Position numbers and translations under genes: made by a program. DNA of 64,000 nucleotides from positions 6,364-70,363 of the forward strand of contig JAFIFH010000071.1 of NCBI GenBank assembly GCA_020832105.1. Direction: 5' to 3'. Shown one piece after another: positions 29,872 to 40,184 of the stretch. The notes beneath the pieces are model-generated. The model saw only the letters and a list, made by a program, of their open reading frames with translations, did no database searches and was not told the DNA's origin. Each line of letters begins with the position of its first letter. Positions within the stretch are counted from its first letter, which is position 1. This DNA comes from Idiomarina sp. GTDB taxonomy: Bacteria > Pseudomonadota > Gammaproteobacteria > Enterobacterales > Alteromonadaceae.

Positions 29872-30042
29872 TTAGAGTTGGAGTTCTTCAAGCTCACAAT
29901 CGAAACAGTAATCGATATCCATGAGTTCTTTGCGTAAACGATGACGTTCTTTTAGTGCTTCTATCTCACGCCACTTGCGTTTGCTACCACGTGACTTACT
30001 GGTTTTTTCAGCGACATTCTTAAGTTCTTCTGAATGGTCCAT
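29872..30042 (-). CDS. Small (56 aa) charged protein, DUF3545-like
   Basis: Hand translation: MDHSEELKNVAEKTSKSRGSKRKWREIEALKERHRLRKELMDIDYCFDCELEELQL. The KRKWREIEA..K..RLRKEL core matches a small conserved gammaproteobacterial family as I recall it. Below the ORF-track length cutoff. Confidence 0.5.
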   Translation of the reverse strand: MDHSEELKNVAEKTSKSRGSKRKWREIEALKERHRLRKELMDIDYCFDCELEELQL

Positions 30043-30197
30043 GGGACACCCCCTGTCTACGACTAATTAACAATTCTGTCAACGCATTGACCTTTTACCA
30101 TAACTTTAAGCACTATAAAAGCCAATTGTTACAATTAAATTAACATGTCGGATGATTTTAACAGCGGGTAGAACTCGCAACCTTGCCACGCAGGCAC

Positions 30198-30225
30198 AAA
30201 AAAAGCAGCGCGAGCGCTGCTTTTT
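30198..30225. terminator. Bidirectional terminator downstream of suhB
   Basis: AAAAAAAGCAGCG-CGAG-CGCTGCTTTTT. Confidence 0.7.
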
Positions 30226-30243
30226 AGCAAATGGGGGGTAGCC

Positions 30244-31047
30244 TTACTTTAACAAAGAAGCAGGTAACAAGGGGCGCATCTGAGTCACCATGGCCTGTAA
30301 TGCTTTCGGGCTTGCTGCAACAATATTACCTGACTGGTAATGGTTCATGCCGCCAGAAAAGTCAGTCACCATGCCACCCGCTTCACGGACCAGCAAATCA
30401 CCAGCTGCCATGTCCCACTGCTTAAGACCTGCTTCCCAGTAACCGTCGTAACGGCCTGCAGCAACATAAGCCAGATCCAGTGCCGCAGAACCCATCCGGC
30501 GGATGTCCGCAGCCTGTTCAAAGAACTTATTAAACACGGCCTGGTATTCCGGCATGATGTGCTTCATTTTGAACGGGAAACCGGTTGCAAGTAGCGTTGC
30601 TTCGAGGTCTTTCAGTTTGCGCACACGAATGCGATAACCATTCAGTTGGGCACCGCCACCGCGGGTTGCGGTAAACAGTTCGTCGCGTACGGGGTCAAAA
30701 ACAACGGCTTGTTGCGCCTGGCCTTTAACGACCAATGCAATAGAAATACAGAAGTGAGGGATGCCACGCATAAAGTTGCTAGTGCCATCAATAGGGTCGA
30801 TAACCCATTGGTAATCACTGTCGCTGCCCACTTGCTCACCAGACTCTTCAGCCAGAATGCTATGTCTTGGGTAGGACTTGCGAATGGTGTCGATGATAAT
30901 GCTTTCTGCAGCACGATCTACGTTGGTGACAAAGTCGTGCTGACCTTTACCTTCAATGGTGAGCTGTTCGCCCTGTGCCACTGATTTCATAATGACTTTG
31001 CCGGCCGCGCGCGCAGCGCGCACCGCGATGTTAAGCATCGGATGCAT
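30244..31047 (-). CDS. suhB: Inositol monophosphatase SuhB
   Basis: 267 aa: ILAEESG, WVIDPIDGTSNF, MGSAALDLAYVAAGRYDGYWE. Confidence 0.9.
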   Translation of the reverse strand: MHPMLNIAVRAARAAGKVIMKSVAQGEQLTIEGKGQHDFVTNVDRAAESIIIDTIRKSYPRHSILAEESGEQVGSDSDYQWVIDPIDGTSNFMRGIPHFCISIALVVKGQAQQAVVFDPVRDELFTATRGGGAQLNGYRIRVRKLKDLEATLLATGFPFKMKHIMPEYQAVFNKFFEQAADIRRMGSAALDLAYVAAGRYDGYWEAGLKQWDMAAGDLLVREAGGMVTDFSGGMNHYQSGNIVAASPKALQAMVTQMRPLLPASLLK

Positions 31048-31227
31048 GTGATTACCTTTTATTTGCTAAAGAACGTGTATATTTTTTCGTCAAAAAACGA
31101 GGGCGTATTATACGTGAACCGCGACTGAACGCAAATGCTGTCATGACCTGTGCAAACCTCTATGTTAAAATTGCAGGTATCACGGCGGTGAAGCAGACCG
31201 TATAGCAAAACAGGAGTCAGGGCATAG

Positions 31228-32076
31228 ATGTCACACCCACAGGTACTTGAGAATATCCGCATTGTGCTGGTGAATACCTCGCATCAAGGCAACATTGGAT
31301 CAGCGGCGCGCGCGATGAAAACCATGGGGTTGAGTGACCTGGTCCTGGTCGACCCGGTAGAAGCCCCGCAAAGTCATGCGTCGGCGCTTGCCGCAGGCGC
31401 GACTGACATTCTGGCCAGTGCGCGCACCGTTGCAACCCTGCAAGAGGCGATAGCCGACTGCCAATTAGTGCTGGCCACCAGTGCCCGCTCGCGGACGCTG
31501 GACTGGCCGATGCTGTCACCCCGTGAAGCCGGTGCGAAGGCAGTGGGTGAGGCGTTTAATAGTAAGGTGGCATTGGTCTTTGGTCGTGAGAATAGTGGTT
31601 TAACCAATGAAGAGTTACAGATGAGCCAATTCCACGTCCATATTCCCGCCAACCCAGAGTACAGCTCATTGAATCTTGCAATGGCGGTGCAGACCTTAAG
31701 TTATGAAATGCGCTCGGCCTGGCTTGAGGTGGAAGCACCTACAGCAGCGACCGCATCCAGCACAGAAGGTGCCGCGGACAACTACCCGAACGGGGATGAT
31801 CTGGCGCGCTTTTACGCACATCTGGAGCAGAGCCTGACAGAGTCAGGGTTTATCGTTCGCCAGCACCCAGGGCAGGTGATGAATAAGTTACGACGCTTGT
31901 TCAACCGCGCGCGGCCGGAGCAAAATGAACTCAATATTTTGCGTGGCATGCTCTCAACGTATGACAAGCGCTACGCTCAGCTGCTCAAGACCAGCAGTCA
32001 GCAGGCCCCTGCGGCCGCCGACACTGATGCAGTTGAAACGAACGTAGCGGTAACTCATAGCAAGGATCAGTCATGA
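31228..32076 (+). CDS. trmJ: tRNA (cytidine/uridine-2'-O)-methyltransferase TrmJ, with a C-terminal extension
   Basis: 282 aa: [56 protein letters not shown] (SpoU/TrmH motifs). Confidence 0.85.
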   Translation: MSHPQVLENIRIVLVNTSHQGNIGSAARAMKTMGLSDLVLVDPVEAPQSHASALAAGATDILASARTVATLQEAIADCQLVLATSARSRTLDWPMLSPREAGAKAVGEAFNSKVALVFGRENSGLTNEELQMSQFHVHIPANPEYSSLNLAMAVQTLSYEMRSAWLEVEAPTAATASSTEGAADNYPNGDDLARFYAHLEQSLTESGFIVRQHPGQVMNKLRRLFNRARPEQNELNILRGMLSTYDKRYAQLLKTSSQQAPAAADTDAVETNVAVTHSKDQS

Positions 32077-33266
32077 GCCTGCCGAACATAAAAAGCCCTG
32101 TGTACCTGGATTATGCAGCGACAACCCCGATGGACCCGAAAGTCGCGGAAAAAATGATGCGCTTTATGACCATGGACGGGGTGTTTGGTAATCCGGCGTC
32201 GCGCTCTCACCGTTATGGTTGGCAAGCGGAAGAGGCGGTAGACGAAGCGCGCGGTCAGATAGCGGATTTAATTCATGCGGACCCGCGGGAAATTGTATTT
32301 ACCAGTGGCGCGACCGAATCCGATAACCTGGCGATTAAAGGGGTGGCTGAACAGGCGCAGAAGCAGGCCGATGGCAATCCCAACCGTAACCAGATTATCA
32401 CGCTCAAAACCGAACATAAGGCCGTGCTGGATACCTGTCATGACCTCGAACAGCGTGGCTTCGTGGTGCACTACCTCGATGTAGACAGTCAGGGGCGTCT
32501 GGATCTGGACATCCTGCGCCAGGCCATCAACGAATACACATTGCTGGTCAGCGTGATGCATGTCAACAATGAGACCGGTGTGGTTCAGGACATCGCCGAG
32601 ATCGCCCGCTTGTGCCATGCCAAAGATGTTTTATTACATGTGGATGCCGCGCAAAGTGTAGGCAAAATTCGGGTGGATGTACGTAATCTTGATGTTGATC
32701 TGCTATCCATCTCGGCCCATAAAATGTATGGGCCCAAGGGCATAGGTGCGCTATTTGTAAGGCGCCAGCCAAAGGTTCGTCTGCATGCACAAATCCATGG
32801 TGGGGGACACGAGCGTGGCATGCGTTCAGGCACCCTTGCGACCCATCAAATCGTTGGCTTTGGCGAGGCCGCGCGGTTGGCTGATAAATTACTGAGTGAA
32901 GAAAGCATGCATCTGCATGGACTTCGCGAGCGCCTGTTGACCGGCTTTAAAGCCCTTGGGGGCGTGACCCTCAATGGTCACCCTGAGCAATGCGCACCGG
33001 GTATTCTCAATGTGTCTTTTGCCGATGTAGATGGTGAAATGTTATTGATGAGTTTAAAGGACCTGGCGGTATCCACAGGGTCGGCGTGTAACTCAGCCAG
33101 TGTCGAACCTTCATTTGTGCTCAGTGCGATGGGACTTAGCCGAGAGCAGGCCCATGCGTCGGTGCGCTTTAGTGTCGGCCGGTTCACTCAGGAGCAGGAC
33201 ATCGACACCTGTCTGGCCATCGTCAAAGACACCCTTGAGCGTTTGCGGGCGAACCCAATCTGGTAA
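32073..33266 (+). CDS. iscS: Cysteine desulfurase IscS (short C-terminus)
   Basis: 397 aa. Colinear with E. coli IscS: [50 protein letters not shown] (PLP Lys), SSGSAC-type loop [10 protein letters not shown]. Ends at LRANPIW. ATGA overlap with trmJ. Confidence 0.85.
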   Translation: MSLPNIKSPVYLDYAATTPMDPKVAEKMMRFMTMDGVFGNPASRSHRYGWQAEEAVDEARGQIADLIHADPREIVFTSGATESDNLAIKGVAEQAQKQADGNPNRNQIITLKTEHKAVLDTCHDLEQRGFVVHYLDVDSQGRLDLDILRQAINEYTLLVSVMHVNNETGVVQDIAEIARLCHAKDVLLHVDAAQSVGKIRVDVRNLDVDLLSISAHKMYGPKGIGALFVRRQPKVRLHAQIHGGGHERGMRSGTLATHQIVGFGEAARLADKLLSEESMHLHGLRERLLTGFKALGGVTLNGHPEQCAPGILNVSFADVDGEMLLMSLKDLAVSTGSACNSASVEPSFVLSAMGLSREQAHASVRFSVGRFTQEQDIDTCLAIVKDTLERLRANPIW

Positions 33267-33270
33267 CAAG

Positions 33271-33290
33271 CCAGGGCAGGGTTGCCCTGG
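33271..33290. terminator. Hairpin between convergent iscS and msrA
   Basis: CCAGGGCA-GGGT-TGCCCTGG, an 8-bp GC-rich stem with no U-tract. Confidence 0.4.
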
Positions 33291-33301
33291 CCCGGATGCG
33301 C

Positions 33302-33889
33302 TTAGGCGGATGCCTGGGCAGGTTGCTTTAAACGACTGGCAAAGGTTTGTTTAAACTTGGCCAGTTTCGGGCCCACCACCATCGCACAATAAGGTTGTTG
33401 CGGGTTTCTCTCGTAATAATCGCGATGATACGCTTCTGCAACAAAATAATTGGTGAGCGGTTCAACCGCGGTGACAACGGGTGCCGGCCAGGTTTGATCG
33501 GCTTCCATTTCGGCAATAATCTGCTGGGCTTCAGCGAACTGAATGTCGTCATGGTAAAAGATAACCGAACGATACTGTGGGCCCACGTCATTGCCCTGAC
33601 GGTTGAGCTGAGTCGGATCGTGTAGGGCAAAGAGAATCTCCAGGATCTCACGAAAGCTAATGTGATTCGTATCATAGGTCAGGCGGACCACTTCGGCGTG
33701 GCCGCTGGTGCCATTGCAAATGTCCTGATAAGTCGGTTTGTCCAGATGCCCGCCAGCATACCCTGACTCGGCGTCGATAATACCTTCAACCTGCTTAAAC
33801 GCAGACTCAATACACCAAAAACACCCGCCCCCCAGGGTTGCATGCTGAATGTGTGCTTGGGAATTTGATTCAGTAGATGTAAACGACAT
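33302..33889 (-). CDS. msrA: Peptide-methionine (S)-S-oxide reductase MsrA
   Basis: 195 aa: ATLGGGCFWCIESAF, GYAGG, TSGHAEVVRLTYD, DPTQLNRQGNDVGPQYRS. Confidence 0.9.
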   Translation of the reverse strand: MSFTSTESNSQAHIQHATLGGGCFWCIESAFKQVEGIIDAESGYAGGHLDKPTYQDICNGTSGHAEVVRLTYDTNHISFREILEILFALHDPTQLNRQGNDVGPQYRSVIFYHDDIQFAEAQQIIAEMEADQTWPAPVVTAVEPLTNYFVAEAYHRDYYERNPQQPYCAMVVGPKLAKFKQTFASRLKQPAQASA

Positions 33890-34132
33890 AATAACAACTC
33901 CTAATGGGCGTATAGACGTCTATAATAGATCGTTGATGCGCGTTTGCATAGCCCTTTTAAAAAAACTTTTATTGGGAATCAGAGGCGCGTTCGCGTATAA
34001 TTCGCGCGAATTTATGAACTCGTGGGCAACGTCTCTTGACTAACTACGCATAGGCCAACATGAAGGCCCAGTGCGATAGCAGAAAAGACCAGCGCAAACC
34101 GCGAAAAAATTACCGAATTGGAGTGAATAGCA

Positions 34133-34563
34133 TGGCTTTGGAACGTACCCTTTCAATTATCAAACCTGACGCAGTTGCAAAAAACGTGATCGGCGCAATC
34201 GTAAACCGTTTTGAAAGCGCTGACCTGCGTATCGTTGGTCAGAAAATGATGCACCTGAGCAAAGAGCAGGCGGAAGGATTTTACGCGGAGCACAGCGAAC
34301 GTCCTTTCTTTGGCGCGCTGGTTGAGTTCATGACCTCTGGTCCTATCGTAGTGATGGCACTTGAAGGTGAAGACGCAGTACGTAAAAACCGTGAAATCAT
34401 GGGTGCAACCAACCCGGCTGAAGCATTAGCGGGTACTTTGCGTGCTGATTACGCAGAAACTATCGATGAAAACGCGGTGCATGGTTCTGACGCACCTGAG
34501 TCTGCAGCTCGTGAAATCGCGTACTTCTTCTCAGACGAAGAAGTGTGTTCACGTACACGTTAA
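34133..34563 (+). CDS. ndk: Nucleoside diphosphate kinase
   Basis: Internal ATG at 34133 after GGAGTG gives [22 protein letters not shown] active-site His. 143 aa. Confidence 0.95.
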
Positions 34564-34576
34564 TTGACCCAACTGT

Positions 34577-34595
34577 TGCAGGCTCTTTGCCTGCA
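34577..34595. repeat. REP-like hairpin TGCAGGC-TCTTT-GCCTGCA
   Basis: Same GCAGGC..GCCTGC core as the hairpins at 22249 and 60036. Confidence 0.5.
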
Positions 34596-34623
34596 CCCTG
34601 GTTCATCACGTGAACAAATTGCA

Positions 34624-34649
34624 TAAAAGGGGCGTATAGAGCCCCTTTT
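34624..34649 (+). terminator. Rho-independent terminator after ndk
   Basis: AAAAGGGGC-GTATAGA-GCCCCTTTTT. Confidence 0.65.
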
Positions 34650-34818
34650 TCTGTACATTAGACCAGGTTTTACAGCATCTGCAACGCACGTGGTAAGCTG
34701 TAACAAGCTTTTCACCGGGCAACACCAGGTGCAGTACACTAAGATCACCAGGCACGCTAGAATACACAGCGCAGTCACAGGCGCTAAACTTGCAAAGTCG
34801 CAAGTTGCGGAGGTAACG

Positions 34819-35943
34819 ATGACAACCACAAACGAAAAAATTAACTTGCTCGACCTTGATCGGCAGGCCATGCATGACTTTTTTGCCGAACTGGGCGAGA
34901 AGAAATTTCGTGCAGAGCAGGTCATGAAGTGGGTGCATCATTTTAACGTCGATAACTTTGATGATATGACCAACCTGAATAAGGTTCTGCGGGCTAAACT
35001 CAAAGAGATCGCCGAAATCCGCGCGCCAATCGTGAAACGTCAGCAAGAATCCAGCGACGGCACGATCAAGTTTGCGATGGAGCTATTCGACGGCCAGGAA
35101 GTAGAAACCGTATGGATTCCGGAAGACGACCGTGCCACCTTATGTGTCTCCTCACAGGTCGGTTGCGCGCTGGAGTGCACATTCTGCTCCACCGGTTATC
35201 AGGGCTTCAACCGAAATTTACGCGTGGCTGAAATCATTGGCCAGGTCTGGCGGGTCAATCAACTGCTCGGTCCGTTTGGCAAAACTAACGTGAAACCTGT
35301 CACCAACGTGGTGATGATGGGCATGGGCGAGCCTTTGCTCAACCTGAAAAACGTGGTGCCGGCGATGTCACTGATGATGGATGATTTAGGCGTAGGCCTG
35401 TCCAAACGACGGGTGACACTGTCCACCTCAGGGGTTGTGCCGGCATTGGATATGCTGCGTGAAAAAATCGATGTGGCATTAGCGATATCTCTGCATGCGC
35501 CAGATGACAAGCTGCGTGACGAAATCGTACCGATTAATAAGAAATATCCGATCCGTGAATTTTTAGCATCGGCGAAAGCCTATGTCGAGCAATCCAAAGC
35601 GCAAAAGGCAGTCACCGTAGAATACGTGATGCTGGACCATATCAACGATTCCACCGATCAGGCTCATATGCTGGCGAAGACCCTACAAGGGGTACCATGT
35701 AAAGTTAACCTGATTCCGTTCAATCCATTTCCGCAATCACCCTATGGTCGTTCGAGCAATTCCCGCATAGACCGTTTTGCAAAGGTATTGATGGAACATG
35801 GTTATACCGTTATGGTTAGAAAAACCCGTGGTGATGATATTGATGCAGCCTGTGGCCAATTGGTTGGGGATGTAGTGGATCGCACGAAACGCTTGCTGAA
35901 GAACCAGCAAAAAACGCAGTCCATTGATATTAAAGCCGTGTAA
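34819..35943 (+). CDS. rlmN: 23S rRNA/tRNA adenine-C2 methyltransferase RlmN (radical SAM)
   Basis: ATG at 34819 after [50 protein letters not shown] radical-SAM cluster. [11 protein letters not shown]. Confidence 0.9.
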   Translation: MTTTNEKINLLDLDRQAMHDFFAELGEKKFRAEQVMKWVHHFNVDNFDDMTNLNKVLRAKLKEIAEIRAPIVKRQQESSDGTIKFAMELFDGQEVETVWIPEDDRATLCVSSQVGCALECTFCSTGYQGFNRNLRVAEIIGQVWRVNQLLGPFGKTNVKPVTNVVMMGMGEPLLNLKNVVPAMSLMMDDLGVGLSKRRVTLSTSGVVPALDMLREKIDVALAISLHAPDDKLRDEIVPINKKYPIREFLASAKAYVEQSKAQKAVTVEYVMLDHINDSTDQAHMLAKTLQGVPCKVNLIPFNPFPQSPYGRSSNSRIDRFAKVLMEHGYTVMVRKTRGDDIDAACGQLVGDVVDRTKRLLKNQQKTQSIDIKAV

Positions 35944-35964
35944 TCACGCGAGGCCTGAATACCC

Positions 35965-37038
35965 ATGACGGATGAACAAGCACGCCAGGATACGTCCGCC
36001 GAGACGGTAACGGACTCTGTCTCCCCCGGTCGTATGCTTCGAGAAGGGCGCGAGCGCCTGAACTTAAGCCACGAGCAGGTGGCTGAACGCTTACGTTTAC
36101 GCCAGCAGATCGTTGTTGATCTGGAAGCGGACCAATTTGATAAGCACGTAGCAGGTACCTTTACCCGTGGCTACCTGCGAGCGTATGCCCGGTTGGTGAA
36201 TGTCGACGAAGGGCGCGTTATTGCAGCATACGAAAGCCTGGGTCTGAACGACAAGCCACAGAACATGCAAAGCTTTTCCCGCCGCACCCGCCAGCAAAGT
36301 CAGGACAACCGCCTGATGCTGGTCACCTATATTATTGGTGCCATTATCATAGGGTCGGCGATTATCTTTTGGCTGCAGAATAACAACCAGGTCGATGACG
36401 AAGCGAACACGCCGCGTCAGGAGCAGGGTGTGGCAGAGCGCCTCGTTGCAGAGCAAGATGCACAGGTTGAGTTCGAGCCTACCGAAGATTCAGGGCTAAC
36501 TGCAGCGACCCGCGAACCGATTTTCATTGATACCAGCTTGCTGGACGCTGACCGGGTACGGGCAGATGATACCGACGCCACCGACACAGTCAGTGAGTCT
36601 GCAACAGAGGCTGCTGCACACCAGGCGGAAGAAGACCTTGCACAGCAAGAGATTGCAGACGCTGCGTTGGCTGAACAGGCGGCAGAACGAGCCGCTGAGC
36701 AGGCCGCAGAAGAAGCACGGGAACAGCAGCGCGCAGCGCAGGCTGCCAGTGCAGCTGAGGCTGAAGCGCAGACCGAGGGTGGTGCTATTCCGGACGCAGA
36801 ATTAGTGCTGGTTTTCGCGGCGGACACCTGGATTCGGATTGAAGATGCGACAGGTGAAGCCATCGCGTTTGGCGTAAAGTCTGCAGGGCATCAGAGTGCC
36901 CTTGACGGCAATTCCCCTTATGAAATCACCCTGGGCGCGCCTGAAAACGTGACACTGTATTATCAGGGTAGCCAGATTGATTTGTCATCCTATCGCGCCG
37001 GACGTGTTGCGCGTCTGACGCTACCAGCAGCTGAGTAG
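35965..37038 (+). CDS. rodZ: Cytoskeleton protein RodZ
   Basis: 357 aa. N-terminal XRE HTH ([24 protein letters not shown]), a TM helix, a low-complexity Ala/Glu/Gln linker and a C-terminal DUF4115-like domain. Confidence 0.8.
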   Translation: MTDEQARQDTSAETVTDSVSPGRMLREGRERLNLSHEQVAERLRLRQQIVVDLEADQFDKHVAGTFTRGYLRAYARLVNVDEGRVIAAYESLGLNDKPQNMQSFSRRTRQQSQDNRLMLVTYIIGAIIIGSAIIFWLQNNNQVDDEANTPRQEQGVAERLVAEQDAQVEFEPTEDSGLTAATREPIFIDTSLLDADRVRADDTDATDTVSESATEAAAHQAEEDLAQQEIADAALAEQAAERAAEQAAEEAREQQRAAQAASAAEAEAQTEGGAIPDAELVLVFAADTWIRIEDATGEAIAFGVKSAGHQSALDGNSPYEITLGAPENVTLYYQGSQIDLSSYRAGRVARLTLPAAE

Positions 37039-37046
37039 TAAACATC

Positions 37047-38186
37047 ATGCACGCAGAATCTCCCATTAATCGTCGTCCAAGTCGTCGTATTTACGTTGGC
37101 AATGTGCCTATTGGTGATGGTGCCCCCATTGCGGTGCAATCGATGACCAATACCGATACCTGTGATGTCGCGGCCACCGTGGCTCAAATCCAGAAGATTG
37201 CTGATGCAGGCGCCGATATTGTGCGCGTTTCCGTACCAACCATGGATGCCGCTGAAGCATTTAAACTGATCAAACAACAAAGCTCGATCCCGTTAGTCGC
37301 CGATATTCATTTCGACTACCGCATTGCGCTGAAGGTGGCTGAATATGGGGTTGATTGCTTACGCATAAACCCCGGCAACATTGGCAACGAGCAACGCATT
37401 CGTGCGGTGGTTGATTGCGCCCGTGATTACAATATCCCTATCCGAATTGGGGTCAATGGCGGTTCGTTAGAACGTGATCTGCAAGAAAAATATGGCGAGC
37501 CAACCGGCCAGGCTTTGCTTGAATCTGCGATGCGCCATGTAGATATTTTGCAGCGTTTTGATTTTCAGAATTTTAAAGTCAGTGTCAAAGCATCTGATGT
37601 GTTTTTAGCGGTAGATGCTTACCGCTTGCTGGCAAAAGAAATTGACCAGCCACTGCATTTGGGTATCACCGAAGCGGGCGGCGCGCGGGCTGGCGCAGTG
37701 AAATCTGCGGTGGGCCTGGGGATGCTATTAGCCGAGGGCATTGGCGACACACTTCGAGTATCGCTGGCGGCAGACCCGGTGGAAGAGATAAAAGTAGGCT
37801 TTGATATTCTTAAGTCGCTGCGCATTCGATCCCGTGGGATTAACTTTATCGCCTGCCCAAGCTGTTCACGGCAGGAGTTTGATGTCATCAGCACCGTTAA
37901 CGCCCTGGAACAGCGGCTGGAAGACATTGTGACGCCGATGGATGTGTCGATTATTGGCTGCGTGGTGAACGGGCCCGGTGAGGCGCTAGTGTCAGATCTT
38001 GGTCTTGCAGGGGCGAAAAACCGCTCAGGTTTTTACGTCGATGGCCAGCGCCAGAAAGAGCGTCTGGATAATAATAATCTGGTGGACGTGCTTGAGCGCA
38101 GAATCCGTGATCAAGTTGCAAAGCGAGAACGAGAGCAACCCATTGCGGTGACTCAGGTGGACGCCGAGGGTAAGCAAACCCTATAA
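37047..38186 (+). CDS. ispG: 4-hydroxy-3-methylbut-2-enyl diphosphate synthase
   Basis: 379 aa: [41 protein letters not shown]. Confidence 0.95.
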   Translation: MHAESPINRRPSRRIYVGNVPIGDGAPIAVQSMTNTDTCDVAATVAQIQKIADAGADIVRVSVPTMDAAEAFKLIKQQSSIPLVADIHFDYRIALKVAEYGVDCLRINPGNIGNEQRIRAVVDCARDYNIPIRIGVNGGSLERDLQEKYGEPTGQALLESAMRHVDILQRFDFQNFKVSVKASDVFLAVDAYRLLAKEIDQPLHLGITEAGGARAGAVKSAVGLGMLLAEGIGDTLRVSLAADPVEEIKVGFDILKSLRIRSRGINFIACPSCSRQEFDVISTVNALEQRLEDIVTPMDVSIIGCVVNGPGEALVSDLGLAGAKNRSGFYVDGQRQKERLDNNNLVDVLERRIRDQVAKREREQPIAVTQVDAEGKQTL

Positions 38187-38274
38187 TGCCCGGCATTTGC
38201 TGTCAGGCATTGACCATTCAGTGCAACACTTTTTCATTTGCATCGACATTTAAGTTTTTAGGAAATAAGTAATC

Positions 38275-39549
38275 GTGGCCAAGCAAATACAGGCAATTCG
38301 TGGAATGAACGACATTCTGCCAGGGCAAAGTCGTCGCTGGCAGTATCTTGAAAACATTATCCGTCAAGTAGTTGCAGCCTATGGCTACGACGAAATCCGC
38401 ATGCCAGTGGTGGAACAAACGGATCTGTTTAAGCGCTCTATTGGTGAAGTCACTGATATTGTCGAAAAAGAGATGTACACCTTTGAGGACCGTAATGGCG
38501 ACAGCCTGACCTTGCGTCCGGAAGGCACCGCCAGTTGCGTGCGCGCGGGCAACGAGCACGGCTTACTGTATAACCAGCAGCAACGCCTGTGGTATATGGG
38601 GCCGATGTTTCGTCATGAACGCCCGCAGAAGGGGCGGTATCGACAGTTTCATCAGGTGGGTGTAGAAGTATTTGGCCTTGATGGCCCGGACATCGACGCT
38701 GAGCTGATCCAGATGACTGCGCGCTTGTGGAAAACCCTTGGTCTTACCGAGCACCTCACGCTGGAGCTTAACTCGCTGGCGTCAAATGAAGCGCGTGCAA
38801 ACTACAAAGTTGCATTGACTGAGTATTTAGGCGCGCATGCAGAATTACTGGATGACGACAGTAAGCGTCGGCTGGAAAGTAATCCGCTGCGCATTCTTGA
38901 TTCAAAAAACCCGGCCATGGCAGAGATGCTGGCCGCCGCGCCTAAACTGTCGGAATACTGGGATGACGAATCACGTGAGCACTTCAATGGCTTGTGTGCC
39001 CGCCTGGACGCCGCGGGTATTACCTATACCCACAATGAGCGCTTAGTGCGTGGTTTAGATTATTATAATCGCAGCGTTTTTGAATGGGTGACCACAAGCC
39101 TTGGCGCTCAGGGCACTGTGTGCGCTGGTGGCCGTTATGACGGTCTGGTTGAACAACTCGGTGGTAAAGGTACGCCTGCGGTTGGTTTTGCGATGGGCCT
39201 GGAACGTTTGGTGCTGATGCTAGAGCAACTTGATCAGGCCGACTTACCTGCAGCCGTGGACGTCTATGTTTCAGCAATGGGCGAACAGGCGGAACTTCCG
39301 GCGGTGAAAATTGCCGAACGCCTGCGTGACGAATTCCCGGGGCTGCGGGTGATGCAGCACTGTGGCGGCGGTAACTTTAAGAAACAACTAAAACGCGCAG
39401 ACAAGTCAGGCGCTCGTCTGGCCCTGATTATGGGTGATGATGAAATCGCCAACGAGGTTGTCAGCGTTAAATACCTGCGTGAAGATAAGCCGCAGCAAAG
39501 CTTGACCTGGGACCAGTTATCTCAGGTTATAACCACAATACATAGTTAA
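38275..39549 (+). CDS. hisS: Histidine-tRNA ligase
   Basis: GTG start. [39 protein letters not shown]-type motif [14 protein letters not shown]. Confidence 0.95.
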   Translation: MAKQIQAIRGMNDILPGQSRRWQYLENIIRQVVAAYGYDEIRMPVVEQTDLFKRSIGEVTDIVEKEMYTFEDRNGDSLTLRPEGTASCVRAGNEHGLLYNQQQRLWYMGPMFRHERPQKGRYRQFHQVGVEVFGLDGPDIDAELIQMTARLWKTLGLTEHLTLELNSLASNEARANYKVALTEYLGAHAELLDDDSKRRLESNPLRILDSKNPAMAEMLAAAPKLSEYWDDESREHFNGLCARLDAAGITYTHNERLVRGLDYYNRSVFEWVTTSLGAQGTVCAGGRYDGLVEQLGGKGTPAVGFAMGLERLVLMLEQLDQADLPAAVDVYVSAMGEQAELPAVKIAERLRDEFPGLRVMQHCGGGNFKKQLKRADKSGARLALIMGDDEIANEVVSVKYLREDKPQQSLTWDQLSQVITTIHS

Positions 39550-39566
39550 AAAAAGAGGATTTGCAG

Positions 39567-40181
39567 GTGGAACACGAAGATCAACAGGTCGAGCAAATAA
39601 AACAGTTTTTACGTGAATACGGTATCTGGATTGGCGCCGGTGTGGTGATAGGTCTGGGTTCGCTGTTTGGCTGGCGTGCTTATCAGGCTGCGCAGGTGGA
39701 AACACAACATGAGCGTACCGCAGCGTACCAACAGGTGTCACAACAACTGCAAAGCAGCGATGAAGACGCCTTGCGGGTCGCAGAGCAGCTGATTAATGAA
39801 CTTGACGGTACAGCCCATGGCGTCGTGGCACGTTTACAGCTGGCCCAGCAAGCCGTGCAAAACGGTGAGCTAGAACGCGCAGCTGAAATCCTGCGGGTGG
39901 CTCAAAATGATGCCCCGAAGCCAGTGCTTAAAGCCCTTGCTACTACTCGCCTGGCGCGTGTAGAACTGGCCTTAGGTAACTACGAACAGGCATTGCAGGC
40001 GTTAGAGCAGAATTTACCTGAGAGCTTTACTGCGCAGGTTGAAGAAGTTCGTGGAGATGTTTATTTTGCGCAGGGTGATACCCAACAGGCACGTCGCGCA
40101 TATCAGGCTGCAGTGGATTTAGGTGGTGCACAGTCGTCACCTAGCCTGCAGATGAAATTTGAAAACCTGGCAGGTGAGTAA
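39567..40181 (+). CDS. yfgM: YfgM-family TPR protein (ancillary SecYEG subunit)
   Basis: GTG at 39567 after AGAGGA gives MEHEDQQVEQIKQFLREYG, a TM helix and TPR-like repeats. Conserved position between hisS and bamB. Confidence 0.75.
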   Translation: MEHEDQQVEQIKQFLREYGIWIGAGVVIGLGSLFGWRAYQAAQVETQHERTAAYQQVSQQLQSSDEDALRVAEQLINELDGTAHGVVARLQLAQQAVQNGELERAAEILRVAQNDAPKPVLKALATTRLARVELALGNYEQALQALEQNLPESFTAQVEEVRGDVYFAQGDTQQARRAYQAAVDLGGAQSSPSLQMKFENLAGE

Positions 40182-40184
40182 TTG

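Noticed and set aside
33972-34012. Possible ndk promoter (TTGGGA-18 bp-TATAAT) with the adjacent perfect palindrome ATTCGCGCGAAT
   Set aside because: It is plausible but rests only on hexamer resemblance with an 18-bp spacer. I have no independent support, so it is not listed as a feature.
34060-34818. Long N-terminal extensions in the ORF track for ndk (from 34060) and rlmN (from 34690), and the 121/146-aa minus-strand ORFs between them
   Set aside because: Homology begins at the internal ATGs 34133 and 34819, each preceded by a good RBS. The intervening region holds the ndk terminator and a REP-like hairpin.
36590-36790. Ala/Glu/Gln-rich repetitive stretch ([34 protein letters not shown]) and the 148-aa antisense ORF over it
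   Set aside because: This is the low-complexity linker typical of RodZ between its TM helix and C-terminal domain. It is not an independent repeat element or gene.
38566-38581. LexA-box-like CTGTATAACCAGCAGC
   Set aside because: It lies inside hisS. The right half is CAGC rather than ACAG at the required spacing.
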